Shown here in pieces: positions 36,993-50,854 of a stretch of DNA of 64,000 nucleotides. Position 1 is the stretch's first letter. Each line of letters begins with the position of its first letter. The stretch is from Squalus acanthias (taxonomy: Eukaryota), in NCBI GenBank assembly GCA_030390025.1, contig CM059432.1, positions 79,858,001 through 79,922,000 on the forward strand, read 5' to 3'. The notes under the pieces were generated by a model that saw only the letters and a program-made list of their open reading frames with translations, was not told the DNA's origin and ran no database searches. A program made the position numbers and the translations under genes.

Positions 36993-39167
36993 TCGTCTTT
37001 GCACCTGAAATTGTTGACTCCTTGTGAATACCCCATCCTCAAAATGCAACATGTATGGAACCCCTAAAGGAAAACCAACACTCGCCACTTTGTACTGTGT
37101 GATTTAAATGTCAGCAGCAAATAAGAATAATGAAGATAAATATCGGCAGAAAAAAAAAATCTAAAAATGGTGGACTAACCTGAAAAACATAACACAGAGA
37201 ACAAAAAAATTACCAGCAACTGAAACTGTCTTCGCCCTTTAGAAAGCCTACTTAACCAAGCCAAGTCCCTAGACTCCCCTTATGGGCAAGGTGTACACTA
37301 TGAGCATGGTGCACATTGTGGGCCAAGTCTTATCCAAAGTTGCGAGATTTGGTATGGAGCATATATAATTATTTAAATGAGCTTGCTGTGGAGTCCATTT
37401 TCACCTCAAATCGGCCGCTGAATATTATCTAGTGTGAATTGGGCACACTAAGTTGCATTTCTGATTTTGCGAACTGCACATAATGTGAGACTGTGCCAGT
37501 AGCGAGAAGTCTCAGGATATGGGGCTTACAACAGAAGTCAACCTAATAGGGGCGATTCTGTGCTGTTAGCAGGGAAGCCACATTCACAGAGATGTAGATG
37601 GGGCTACAACATCACAGGTCCATTTCTCCAGCCTGTGATGCTTGGCAGCATGACTTCTTGCTGGAGGCACTCGGTTGTGAAATTGCCCCATCTGTAAAAG
37701 CTGTAGTTTTTGATCATAATTCCGCCTAAAAAAAATGTCCAAAGAACCAAAATACAATTAAGTCTGGTGAATAACAATTTAATGATAAATTACAAAATGG
37801 GAACTGCAGCTCTCACCATAAGTTTACATTTATAATTTTTTATATTTTTAATTTTTCATAAGCGTGCCAATAGGAATTGGATTGGCTACTAACCCCAACA
37901 GAGAGGGGTTAAATTAAGATTAACAGATAGTCACATAATCAGAAAAAAAAGACACCACACATTTCTAAATGCTATTTTCAATGCACGTTTTTAAAACTCA
38001 AGTTCCTCACATCATCAAACAACTGAGGAACCAGTCAAGCTGAACTGTGGTAACCTTAAATTATAACAGGTGATTTATAACAGGCAAAGCCACACCAGCT
38101 AGAAATGTATATTTGCTAAATCGTCACTATAAAATAGTATTGGTAGAGTGGAATTGCTTGCATAATATATTTACAAAGGTTAGTAACATTTTGCCAAGAA
38201 TAATTTCCCTTACCAGTTACTTAATAAAATTATTCTGGTTTTAAATGAGTTCTTAGACATTATTACAGGATACTTCCCTATCAGTGACACCTCCTAGAAC
38301 ACACAAAACAAATTTCTTCACCTTGCAGTGACAACATATCAAACATTGTAAATCTAAACTCCACAATTTATCACTTTTTATTTCATCCTATTTCTCCTTT
38401 AACAATTGGCACCTTTCATTTTAAGGTTCACTCCTTCAGCACTTCTGGTAGAAAAGCTAAATGTTTCATGGATGACCCATGTGTAGCATACCTCTCTCTC
38501 CAGCTATATTCGATCCCATATTAATATTTAGTTGCTTGAAGTTAGAACTGTACCCTGGAAACATGTAATATCTTATATATAGCTGTCCCTTTCTACCTCT
38601 CCCAGATTATATTTTTAAAGTGGTATAAAAATAAGACGCATTTGCAGGCAAGTGTAACAAGGAGAAAAGTTCCACAAATCTGATTATGGTGCTTGCTAGA
38701 TGCACTAGAAGACTTGGGAAAAATTGTAACGGGGTTCTAAGGAGTAAGTTAGAGATTTCCCATTGCCTAATGGTTTCTCCATCAACTTTGGTTCAGCAAT
38801 TGATGATTACTTATACAATTGAACAATGGACAGTGTCCCAGCTGGCAAAACAGTCCTGCAGCTTTCCTCCTCTTCCCAAATGCGTGAAGTGTCACCCCTG
38901 GTATTTTGTATGGTATATTTGGATTTATGCAACATATTAAGGTGTAAAATGCAGTAGCTCTTAATATTCAGGAACAACAAAAGTATAACTCGGAAGTCAG
39001 GTCAGCCATCTAACAAGCTGATGTTCTCCTGAGTTATACTTCTGGTCTTGTAGTAGTTCATAATCTTGCCATAGACATGCAATTTAGAATTAAGTGCTAG
39101 CAGTGATGCTACTCTAGTCATAATCTTATGAAGAACTGATAACTCAATCACACCTTTTCAAATGTTG

Positions 39168-39541
39168 TAGTGTCAGCCATGGCTCAGTGGGTAGCACTCT
39201 TGCCTCTAAGTCAGAAAGCTGTGGGTTCTTGTCCCGTCCCAGCGACTCGAGCACAAAAATCTAGGCTGACACTCCAGTGCAGTGCTGAGGGAGTACTGCA
39301 CTGTCAGAGGTGCCATCTTTTGGATGAGACGTTAAACCAAGGCCCCATCTGCTCTCTCAGGTGGACGTAAAAGATCCTATGGCACTATTTCGAAGAAGAG
39401 CAGGGGAGTTATCCCCAGTGTCCTGGCCAATATTTATTCCTCAACCAACATCACAAACAGATTATCTGGTCATTATCACATTGCTATTTGTGGGAGCTTG
39501 CTGTGCGCAAATTGTCTACTGCATTTCCTATATTACAACAG
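39168..39541 (+). mobile_element. tRNA-derived Deu-domain SINE (SacSINE1/AmnSINE1-related)
   Basis: A box TGGCTCAGTGG, B-box-like GGTTCTTGTCC, then core gatgagacgttaaacc..ggcccc..caggtggacgtaaaagatcc.atggcactatttcgaagaagagcagggg as recalled for the Deu domain. Confidence 0.8.
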
Positions 39542-39959
39542 TCTTGGATCAAGTTGAAGATTTGGAAAATAAACAAAAGCTGCCTGGTGTCAAAATGTTT
39601 TTTGGGTATGCTGCTACAATAATCCTGCGTTTGAAAGGTTATGTAATGGTAACAGGTTGTCTGATCAGAATTAGGATAACAAATCTAATCAGAATTAGGA
39701 TTTTAAATGATAGTTTAGAAAAAATATACTAACAGAATGTTGTTACAGTATTGGAAATAAAAATTCATACTTTCAGATTATACAATTTCCACAAAAGTGA
39801 AACATTAAACTATAGTGTTGCTTTAAAACCAGTAGGTACGAACAAGATAATTTTTCACAAATGCTGAAATTCTTTACATGCTTTTCTGTAGGGTAGTTAC
39901 TATGAAATTTCCAATCACCTTTCCACTGATTAAAAAACCTCTCATTTTACAAATAGTTA

Positions 39960-40193
<234 letters not shown>

Positions 40194-40479
40194 TCAATTA
40201 TAAATGCTGGCTATATGGATTATTTAACAAGTGAACTGTCAGATATTATGTAAGTATATATCTCTGTAATATAAGGCTTAACTCAACATAAATTGTGTGA
40301 TAATGTGCAATCTTTTGTTTAAAATAGCTGCAGCTGCACGCTGACGTAAATCAACTGTTATACAAAAAAGAAGCTGCTTTCGTTTATTAACTTCAGGGGC
40401 ATGCAGATTTAGTCACTGCTACCTTTTCAAAGTTTTCTTCTTCCTTAACCTACTTCTACTAAAGGCCATGATTCATGCT

Positions 40480-40800
40480 GTGGTACGTTTCCACATGCAT
40501 TGGCAGTCCTCTGGTTCCTCACCCTTTTGCCCATTCCTCAAGTATGAGTCCAAACAGCTGGGCAGTGAATACTATCAGGTTATTTATCATTGAGGGGTGG
40601 GAAGTAACACAGACAAGCTTGATCTTGTCCTTGCCAAAATCCTACATATTCTATTCCAGCAGGGGTCAAAATGGATAGCCCATTAGTAGCCAATCAGTCT
40701 GGGATGCTGAGGCTATGCGCACTGAGCCTATACATCCGGCCCAGCTGAGATTCACCAACTCAGCACACCTTCCTGGTCTGTGGTGTGCAGTACCACACGC
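40480..40800 (-). mobile_element. Decayed tRNA-type SINE (second family)
   Basis: Reverse complement similar to 52580-52940 (cagaccaggaagg..tgctgagttg..tctcagct). Confidence 0.5.
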
Positions 40801-41371
40801 ACAATGCATCTAGTACGAGGGGAAGCACCTCTTGTGTTCAATATTGCTGTTGGACAAATAGTGTAAGAACTTAATTCATGGAACTCCTTTGCATTACAGG
40901 GGAAAGCTGCGCATAATTTCTAGTGAATAGTGCAGGCTTTGCGATTACAATTCAATATAGACCTATGGAACATACTATTCATCCATATGGGGTAAAATAA
41001 AATTAACTGTAAGCCACCATATCAAAATTCGTATAGCTTCAATGGAGAAAAACTATCTCTTTAGTTACATAAACAAACTGCAATAATTATTTTATATAGA
41101 TGCATATTCAGGGACTTCTTTTTGTTAAAATAGATTCCTATTTTGGGGATGGGGGGAATGCATCTGGGGAAAGAGAAGTTAAATGGAAGGAAAATTAACC
41201 CAGGTCAATTACATGCATATCCTAACAGCAAGTTATATCACATACTGCCACAGGTTTGGGTGTAGGTTGATTCCAAGGAATGTTTTGTGACATAGTTAGA
41301 GAAGTATTATTTTTTAAATTGGGTAAGGAATCCAACATGTAAAACCCTTATTACATTGTTAGACAAACATT

Positions 41372-41905
41372 GGCCCGTATTTTCCGGTGCCTACGGGTGT
41401 GTACACGCCCGTAAGTTCCGGGTTTGCGCGTGCGCGAAAACCTGGAACTTGCGATCTGTCAAGAATCGTAAGGCCTGCTTTTACCAGCGTAAGAGTTTAA
41501 ATGAATATAAAAACAAATTTTTTTCAATTATTTAAACATTAAAACACCTGTAAAATAAGTTAAGGTTATTTTTAGCCCCTTTAAAACATTTAGGCTTATT
41601 TTTCAAAAAATTTAATTTGTTTTAAATGGTTAATTAATTTTAAATATATAATTTTTAAAAATTAGGTATGTAAATGTGTTTTTTTATGTGATCCCCATTT
41701 TTTCATTGTTTGGGCCAGCCCACGTGATCCCAGGGACACTTGCGAACCGCCTGCACCCCTGGGGTACGTGGGCCTCTATGCATGTCTACGCATAGAGGCC
41801 CAGGAGCACGAGTCCCCGTGGTTCCAGGACCATCTGGTAGGTGTGTAGATTGTTTGCCGTTCGGAGGCATCGCCTGCGGAAAGCCTCCGACCGCAAATTT
41901 GGGCC
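41372..41905. mobile_element. Harbinger-like MITE, GGCCC-terminal family
   Basis: TIRs ggcccgtattttccgg / ccgcaaatttgggcc; flanks att/aat; AT-rich centre; ends 36 bp from the exon at 41942. Confidence 0.72.
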
Positions 41906-41941
41906 AATTGTTTCTTTTAACTTCACTTGCCAACAACTTAC

Positions 41942-42098
41942 TCGACGGTGTCTTAGCTTTAGCAGCATCATCACTGGCATTGGATCCGAGACTAAACTGG
42001 CTCTGGCGCCAGTCTAAAGGATACCTCTCTGCACTGGTCACAGACTGTTGGTCATCACCCTTACTCAGGATGTCCACTGACTTCTGAGAAACAGCATC
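41942..42098 (-). CDS. ARFGEF1: ARFGEF1 coding exon (variable linker)
   Basis: ttctag|GATGCT...CCGTCGA|gtaagt; 157 nt; DAVSQKSVDILSKGDDQQSVTSAERYPLDWRQSQFSLGSNASDDAAKAKTPS; SQKSVDI motif as in BIG1. Confidence 0.9.
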
Positions 42099-42438
42099 CT
42101 AGAAAAGCAAATAAGCAAACAATTTCAAATAAAATTGGATTTCTATATTAAAGAATTTCAAACTGCAATTTATTATACATTTGTGAATTTTTATTTTCAC
42201 AGTTTTATTTCATGCCATGCACAACTATACTTCCCAGGTCTAAATATAAGTGTTGCTACTACCTGCAGTGCTCCAATTATTTTATTAGTAACAAATCAGC
42301 AACGAAACTGCAGATTGTTTCTCTGAAACAACTGCCAGTGGTCTTACTGAAAACGGAACGATTTAGTATAGAGTCTTGCACTCTCATGGAAGAACTCCAA
42401 TAACGCCGATCACCTGTGGAATGCTCTCTATGTATAAT

Positions 42439-44124
42439 GGGCCAGAATTTGCGGTGGTATGATGGCGTACACTCAGAGTACGCTGTCACACCGCCTTTGA
42501 AACTGACCGCAAGTTCTGGATTTCCATATGCTCTAAATTTCAAACTTGCGGTCTGTCAAGTTCTGACAGTGCACCGGTTCCACTGCACGTTTCAGCTGCC
42601 CATTGCAATCAATGTGGTGGCACAGAGTTGGGCTAATTGCCCACCCACTGCCCACTAATGACATAATTTTTTTTACGTTTTACGGCTGGTGCAAACAGGC
42701 GCAGGAGCGTAAGGGGGGGGAGGGGGGGAGGGGAGGGGGGGGGGGAAGGAGGGGAGGGATAAGAGAAATTTGCAATTTCAGGGCCATAACATAAAATTGA
42801 ACACGTAAAAGAACCTACCAGGCAGCTGTAAAGGCTTGGTTTGAGGGATGATTTTTTTAAAAAAAATCTTGGGGGGGGAAATTAGGTCGCGCCCCATTTG
42901 GGGCGCAAATATCGTCTGGACGCAAATATTAGCGCCTGGCGCTAATTATCGGCACTGACTGGAAACTTCACTTTTACCGCCCCGGGAGGTGAGTGGAGCG
43001 CTAAATCAGGCGCTGCATACCTGTCTTAAGGCGCAAAGGCCAAGGAGTGAGGTGCTAACTCAGAGCGCTGGCGAAGCTCATGTAATGTCAGTCAGCAATG
43101 GAACACACACACAATGGCACGGGCCAGTTCTTAAAGGGGATGGTTAATCTTGCTTTCCATCCACATCCTGTTCATTGCAGCCTTGAATCTTGGCCTGGAG
43201 AGACTTGCACATCAAATGTGCTGGAAAGAACAATGGAGAGTACCAGGCAAAGAGCTCAGAGTGCAGCTCCCACAGTCTCTGCTAAATCGATACAAGGAAT
43301 GGCAAATCAAAATGAACCTGCAAAGTGCTGCTCAGTACCCAAAACTCCTTCACACAACGTTGAATCTCTCCAGAAGTCTCTCCCTCTCTCTCTCAGAATG
43401 CGTAGTTCAAAAATGCCACCAACAATAAAAGACAGGAAGAGGCCCCCTTTAAATAGCGCCCCCCCCCAGCCCCACAGCGATTGATAGCGTTCCAGTCTTC
43501 CGGTCGTTGGATGCGCCAGGCGGTAAGGCAGGGGGCGCCACTCAATTTCCGCTCCGGGGCGCCACAAGGGCGTTGCACCATGGAATGACGTCACAATCTG
43601 CGCGCGCAGGTGGTCGCAGCGGTAAGTTTTAGCGCCGCCGCACAATCTCTAGTTAAGTTCCCGAGCGGCGCAAACATCGCTGCGCCCGGGCGTTAGCGGC
43701 TTTGCGCCCCATTAGCGCCCTCTTAAGGCGCTAACGGGAGGCGCAACCAACTGAATTTTTACCCCTTGGAGTCTTCCAGTAAATAACTGTAGTCACGCCA
43801 AAGTATTCCCTGTGCTTTTTAAAGCCAAGTACTGCACTTGTCAAATAAATATTCACACCGTTTAATTTAAAATTCAATTGATGTCGGGCATCGGCGATTT
43901 ATATTTCCTGATTGGCATAGTGACAGGAGCACTGCCCCACGTGATCCCAGGTACGCTTACGCACACGGTGCACCCCTGGGATCCATGGGCCACTACGCTG
44001 CGCACAACTCTGCAACGTTTCAAAACAAGTTTTCGTTTGGGGCCTCGCACCAGGTAAGTGTGGATTACATTCGGAGGTCGGCGGCATACTCCTTAGTTAC
44101 GCCTCCGACTGCAATTTCAGGGCC
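42439..44124. mobile_element. Harbinger-like MITE (GGCCC family), host of 42872-43765
   Basis: gggccagaatttgcggt ... actgcaatttcagggcc; right part similar to 41715-41905. Confidence 0.6.
42872..43765. mobile_element. Harbinger-like non-autonomous transposon, GGGG-terminal family, copy 2
   Basis: TIRs gggggggaaatt / aatttttacccc; 3-bp TSD ttg at 42869-42871 and 43766-43768. Confidence 0.8.
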
Positions 44125-44261
44125 ATTAACTATTATATATTACATTCAGTACATGAGGTGCATATTTCAATCAATGCTCATAAGTACCTGCAGTACCTGT
44201 TACTCCTTATTCAAAGTAAGGGCTTAAACACTTTTTTTTCAAATTCATTTTTCACAAATAT

Positions 44262-47200
44262 TTTTTATTCATTCATGGGATGTGGGTGTCGCTGGCAAGG
44301 CCAGCATTTATTGCTCATCCTTAATTGCCCTCGAGAAGGCAGGTGGTGAGCCACCTTCTTGAATCGCTACAGTCCTCAAGGTGAAGGTACTCCCACAGTG
44401 CTGTTGGGGAGGGTGTTCCAGGATTTTGACCCAACGACAGTGAAGGAACAGCGATATATTTCCAAGTCAGGATGGTGTGTGACTTGGAGGGGAACTTGGG
44501 GTGGTGTTCCCAGGCACCTGCTGCCCTTGTCCTTCTAGGTGGTAGAGGTTGCGGGTTTGGGAGGTGCTGTCGAAGAAGCCTTGGCGAGTTGCTATAGTGC
44601 ATCTTGTAGATGGTACACACTGCAGCCATGGTACGCCGGTGGTGGAGGGAGTGAATGTTTAAGGTGGTGGATGAGGTGCCAATCAAGCGGGCTGCTTTGT
44701 TCTGAATGGTGTCGAGCTTCTTGAGTGTTGTTGGAGCTGCACTCATCCAGGAAAGTGGAGAGTATTCCATCACACTCATGACTTGTGCCTTGTAGATGGT
44801 GGAAAGACTTTGGGGAGTCAGGAGCCGAGTCACTCGTCGCAGAATACCTAGCCTCTGAACTGCTCTTGTAGCCACAGTATTTTTGCGGCTGGTCCAGTTA
44901 AGTTTCTGGTCAATGGTGACCCCCAGGATGTTGATGGTGGGGTTTCGGCGATGGTAATCCTGTTGAATGTCAAGGGGAGGTGGCTAGACTCTCTCTTCTT
45001 GGAGATGGTCATTGCCTGGCACTTCAGTGGCACAAATGTTACCTGCCACTCACCAGCCCAAGCCTGAATGTTGTCCCGGTCTTGCTGCATGAGGGCACGG
45101 ACTGCTTCATTATCAGAGGAGTTGCGAATGGAACTGAACATGGGGTAATCATCAGCGAACATCCCCACTTCTAGCCTTATGATGGAGGGAAGGTCATTGA
45201 TGAAGCAGCTGAAGATGGTTGGGCCTAGGACACTGCCCTGAGGAACTCCTGCAGCGATATCCTGGGTTGAGATGATTGGCCTCCAACAACCACAACCATC
45301 TTCCTTTGTGCTAGGTATGACTCCAGCCAGTGGAGATTTCCTCGATTCCCATTGACTTCAATTTTACTAGGGCTCCTTGATGCTACACTCGTCAAATGCT
45401 GCCTTGATGTCAAGGGCAGTCACTCTCACCTCACCTCTGGAATTCAGCTCTTTTGTCCATGTTTGGACCAAGGCCGTAATGAGGTCTGGAGCAGAGTGGT
45501 CCTGGCGGAATCCAAACTGGGCATCATTGAGCAGGTTATTGGTAAGCAGGTTATTGGTGAGCACTGTCGACGACACCTTCTATCATTTTTCTGATGATTG
45601 AGAGTAGGCTGATGGGGTGGTAATTGGCTGGATTGGATTTGTCCTGCTATTTTGTGGACAGGACATACCTGGGCAATTTTCCACTTTGTCGGGTAGATGC
45701 CAGTGTTGTAGCTGTACTGGAACAGCTTGGCTAGAGGTGCGGCTATTCCTGGAGCAGAAGTCTTCAGCATTATAGCCGGGATGTTGTCAGTGCCCATAGC
45801 TTTTCCTGTATCCAGTGCGCTCAGCCATTTCTTGATATCATGTGGAGCGAATCGAATTGGCTGAAGACTGGCTTCTGTGATGGTGGGGACCTCAGGAGGA
45901 GGCAGAGATGGATCATCCATTCAGCACTTCTGGATGAAGATGGTTGTAAATGCTTCAGATTTGTCTTTGGCACTCGCTGGGCTCTGCCATCATTGAGGAT
46001 GGGGATGTTCATGGAGCCTCCTCCTCCCGTTAGTTGTTTAATTGTCTACTACCATTTATGACTGGATGTGGCAGAACTGCAGAGCATTGATCTGATCCAT
46101 TGGTTGTGGGATTGCTTAGCTCTGTCTACAGCATGCTGCTACCGCTGTTTAGCATGCGTGTAGTCCTGTGTTGTAGCTTCACCAGGTTGCCTCCTCATTT
46201 TTAGGTAAGCCTGGTGCTGCTCCTGGCATGCTCTTCTACATTCCTCATTGAACCAGGGTTGGTCCCCTGACATAATGGTAGAGTGAAGGATATGCCAGGC
46301 CAGGAGGTTACAGATTGTGGTGGTATACAATTCTGCTGCTGCTGATGGCCCACAGCGCCTCATGGATGCCCAGTTTTGAACTGCTAGATCTGTTCTGAAT
46401 CTAACCCATTTAGCACGGTGGTAGAGCCACACAACATGGTGGCGGGTGTCCTCAGTGTGAAGACGAGACTCCCAAGGACTGTGCAGTGGTCACTCCTACC
46501 AATACGGTCATGGACAGATGCATCTGTGACAGGTAGATTGGTGAGGACGAGGTCAAGTAGGTTTTTCCCTTGTGTTGGTTCTTTCACCATCTGCCGCAGG
46601 CCCAGACTGGCAGCTATGTCCTTCAGGACTCAGCCAGCTTGGTCAGTAGTGGTGCTATCAAGCCCCTCTTGGTGATGGACATTGAAGTCCCCCACCCAGA
46701 GTATATTCTGTGTCCTTGTTACCCTCAGTACTTCTTTCAAGTGGTGTTCAACATGAAGGAGTACAGATTCATCAGCTAAGTGAGGGCGGTAGGTGGTAAT
46801 CAGCAGGAGATTTCCTTGCCCATGCTTGACCTGATGCCATGAGTCTTCATGGGGTCCGGAGTTAATGTTGAGGACTCCCAGGGCCACTCCTTCCCGACTG
46901 CATACCATTGTGCCGCCACCTCTGGTGGGTCTGTCTTGCCGGTGAGACAGGACATACCATGGGATAGTGATGGAGGATTCTGGGACGTTGGCTGAAAGGT
47001 ATAATTCTGTTGTGTATGACTATGTCAGGCTGTTACTTGACGAGTCTGTGGGACAGCTCTCCCAATTTTGGCACAAGTCCCCAGATGTTAGTGAGGAGAA
47101 TTTTGCAGGGTTGACTGGGCTGGGTGTGCCTTTGCCATGTCCGAATCCGGTGCCTAGGTCGTTGCCGGGTGGTCCGTCCGGTTTTATTCTTATTGTTTTT

Positions 47201-47395
47201 CCTAGCGGTTTGACACAACTGAGTGGCTTGCTAGGCCATTTCTAGAGGGCAGTTAAGAGTCAACCCCATTGCTGTGGGTTTGACTGACATGTAGTCCAGA
47301 CCGGGTAAGGGCGGCAGATTTCCTTGCCTGAAGGACAGTAGTGAACCCAAATGGGTTTTTACGACAATCCGGTAGTTTCAGGGTCACCATCACTA
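44262..47395 (-). mobile_element. CR1-group (Zenon-like) LINE, near-complete but frameshifted ORF2
   Basis: APE motifs (LTNIWGL, TTYRP, VGDFNVH, LDLVLT, SDH) and RT motifs (QFGFR, ALDIKAAFD, MFADD, YKAQV.SVMEY). Confidence 0.85.
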
Positions 47396-48551
47396 ACTTT
47401 CCCCCCCAGATTTTTTAATTAACTAAATTTAAATTCCACAGCTGCTGGGGTGGGCATTTTAATGCCTTCATTAGAGTTTTACTTGAAGGTCTCAGCCTCT
47501 CTGAAAAGCCTGTGCTTGGACTTGATATTTTTGCCTGGAACTGTGACACTGATCCGAATTTGGATTGTACAGCCTGAACATGTGCAATTAACCTAATTTC
47601 CCAGAATGCATCAGTACCAGGCAGTCAACGCTATTGATGGGATATTTTTCTCTAGCTTCTAGATTAAAAGTTTTCCAAAATGATTTGAAGAAAAGCCAGA
47701 AGACAAATTATCAACTTTGTTCAGATAAAGTTTATGTTGATTTTTTTTTCCATGACAGAAAAGCTGTGTGTGAGAGAGAGAAACAACAGTGCTCTGATTA
47801 TGCACCTTTAGCTTTCTCGCGTTCTCAACTTTAGAAAGTGTATTAAGGTGAGATGGAGAGGAGAAAGGTCAGAGAAAAGGACATGAGAGAGAGAGGGAAA
47901 CACACACATGGGTCATAATGTGTTTTTATTAAATGTTACTTCAATTATTTTTCTTAAAAAGTTGAATTTTGAAGCCAACTAATTATTTCTAGCTGTATTT
48001 TGGTGACACAGGTTAATGATAATTGCTTCCACGTGTAAGATAAAGATTTGAATTTCTAACACACGAGAGGGAGAAAAGCAGACGGGCAGTTTCCTTTCTC
48101 ATTCTAATTTGTTTTCATTTTTCAAAGTTGCATTTTGAAAGAAAGCAGAGCTTCTAAGTGGAAACAGAGAAGTGGAGGGGAAGAGGGAAATAGGTTAAGG
48201 GCGAAGGGGCCTCTGGCCTATTGTAACCTGCCCTTAGAGGGAACGAGTAAGGGTAAGGTGGAGAGTGAATAGAAGGTTAAGGGTGAGATGAGTGACAATG
48301 GAGTAAAGTTCAGCAACAAATTATGGCAATGCTGAGGAGTTGCAGAGTCAAATGTCCTGTCCCATCAACGGTATTACTCTCTCACTTAAAAATGACTCAC
48401 TGATTTCAACATCACTTGAATGGCATAAGTGAATTACTGTACTGTAAATCAGTATCTCTTCTATTACCATATACAGATATTTGGAAGTTTCACAGTAGTA
48501 CTTCCAAGATACGAGTAAAAAACTCAGTTTCAAGGTAATCTATTTTTAAAA

Positions 48552-49830
48552 ACTTTTATTTATATAGCGCCTTTAATGTCTCAAGGCGTTTCACAGGAGC
48601 ATTATCAAACTAAATTTGACACCAAGCTACATAAGGAGATATTAAGACAGGGAAGAAGTAGGTTTCAAGGAGCATCTTAAAGGAGGAAAGAGAGGTAGAG
48701 AGGCGGAGAGGTCTAGGGAGGGAATTCTAGAGCTTAGGGCTTTGGCAGCTGAAGGCATGGCTGCCAACAGTGGAGTGATTAAAAGTAGGGATGCTCAAGA
48801 GGCCAGATTTGGATGAGCGCAGATATCTCAGAGGGTTGTAGGGCTGGAGGAGGTTACAGAGATAGGGAGGGACAAGGCCATAGAGGGATTCGAAAACAAG
48901 GATGAGAATTTAAAAAATAGAGGCATTGCTTAACCGGGAGCCAATGTCGGTCAGCGAGCACAGGGGTGATGGGTGAACGGGTCTTGGATGACCTCAAGTT
49001 TACGGAGGGGGGAGGCTGGCCAGGAATATGTTGGAATAGTCAAGTCCAGAGGTAACAAAGGCATGGATGAGGGTTTCAGCAGATGAGCTGAGGCAGGGAC
49101 GGAGTCGGGCGATATTACGGAGGTGGAAATAGGCGGTCTTAGTGATGGCGCTGATATGTGGTTGGAAGCTCATCTCGGGGTCAAATATGAACAGTCTGGT
49201 TCAGCCTCAGGCAGTTGCCAGGGAGAGGGATGGAGTTGGTGGCTAGGGAATGAAGTTTGTGGCGGGGACCGAAAACAATGGCTTCGGTCTTCCCAATATT
49301 TAATTGGAGAAAATCTCTGCTCATCCAGTACTGAATGTTGGACAAGCAGTCTGACCATTTAGAGACAGTGGAGGGACGGTGCGAGAGCGGGAAGAGAAGC
49401 CAGTGCAGGTGATTCTCTGGCTACGACTGGATAGATAATAGAACCATGCGAGTGCAGTCTCACCCAGCTGGAAGACAGTGGAGAGGCGTTGAAGGAGGAT
49501 GGTGTGGTCAATCGTGTCAAAGGCTGCAGACAGGTCGAGAAGGACGAGGAAGAATAGTTTACCATTGTCACAGTCACATTGGAAGTCATTTGTGACTTTG
49601 ATAAGAGCCGTTTCAGTACTGTGGCACGGGCGGAAACGTGATTGGAGGGATTCAAACATGGAGTTCCAGGAAAGATGGGCGACAGCACATTCAAGGACTA
49701 TGGAGAGGAAAGGGAGGTTTGAGATGGGGGCGGTAGTTTGTAAGGACAGAGGGGTCATGGGTTTGTTTTTTGAGAGGGGTGATGATGGCAGATTTGAAGG
49801 AGAGGGGGACAGACCCTGAGGAGAGAGAAC
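48552..49830 (-). mobile_element. L2 LINE 3' portion
   Basis: PISNLPFLS, FRPCHSTETALIKV.ND, LLDLSAAFDTIDH; 3' end ...aaaggcgctatataataaa on the minus strand. Confidence 0.88.
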
Positions 49831-50018
49831 CGTATTTAATATATAAATATATTAATAAAAATATTTAATATGAAATTAAATTGACTAACATAACATAGCT
49901 GTCAAAATTCAAAGATGGATTTTAAGACTACACTGATATTTATTAAACTGGTCTACAGCAACATTCCTTTTGAAAGCTGAAGCCAATATGCTAATTGGGG
50001 AAATAATGAAATGCATAC

Positions 50019-50091
50019 CAACTGTTTTTCTCCAGCATCATTTTGTAATGAAGAGTCACCTTCAGAGTGTAAGGGTCGCCATGATAATAAC
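50019..50091 (-). CDS. ARFGEF1: ARFGEF1 short coding exon (not in ORF track)
   Basis: ttttag|GTTATTATCATGG...CAGTTG|gtatgc; 73 nt; LLSWRPLHSEGDSSLQNDAGEKQL resembles human LLTWRP...EKPL; converts phase 2 to phase 0 as required. Confidence 0.9.
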
Positions 50092-50674
50092 CTAAAATAC
50101 ACAAATTATAGCAACATTAATTCTGTTGCAACTGAAAAAATAATTTTAAACAGTGCTACCACGACAAAAATAGATTCTATTAAAATAGTCCTCAGACAGT
50201 AAGTCATGCAATACAAACTGTCATTTTTAGCTTTCTATTCAAACTAGTGGTACATCATTTAAAACTATAATTCAGAATTTAGACAAAACATCAAATCTGA
50301 AAGATGAAATATACCAATTTTCACAAATGAATCATAATGCATTAATATTTGTACGGCTATGCTGCAGCAAAATTCATTAATGTTAGTGCCTGTAGACAGG
50401 TTATAATTTCTGCCAAATTACAATCCTACAAGTGAAATGCAGATATGATCTGCTGTCATTTAACATCTCCATCAAATTCAATGAATTATATGACCAAGCT
50501 GGAGACAGAGTACCACTAAAATTTCATATTACATAATACATTATTTACAAACAGTAACTTTGATCAGCAATGAGATGTCCTATTACAAGGATAAAATGCA
50601 ATATTGTCAGTTCAGTGGGTAAATATGGTGTGACATTGAGCCATACAGACAAAGATCATCCGAGGTCTCATCAC

Positions 50675-50815
50675 GTAGGAACATAGAAACATGAGTAGGC
50701 CATTTAGCCCCTCGAGCCGGTTCCGCCATTCAATAAGATCATGGCTGATCTGTGACCTAACTCCATATACATACCTTTGCCCCATATCCCTTAATACCTT
50801 TGGTTAGCAAAAAAT
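50675..50815 (-). mobile_element. CR1 3' end fragment
   Basis: agtaggccatttagcccctcgagcc...gatcatggctgatc...ccatatcccttaat. Confidence 0.75.
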
Positions 50816-50854
50816 CTATATACAAACATAGGAACAGGAGTAGGCCATTTACTG

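Noticed and set aside
39178..39240. tRNA gene
   Set aside because: The A/B boxes are the head of a SINE; no full cloverleaf, and the sequence continues into the SINE core.
50013..50018. Donor GTATGC as a possible U12-type intron
   Set aside because: U12 donors need GTATCCTT; all donors found fit the major spliceosome.
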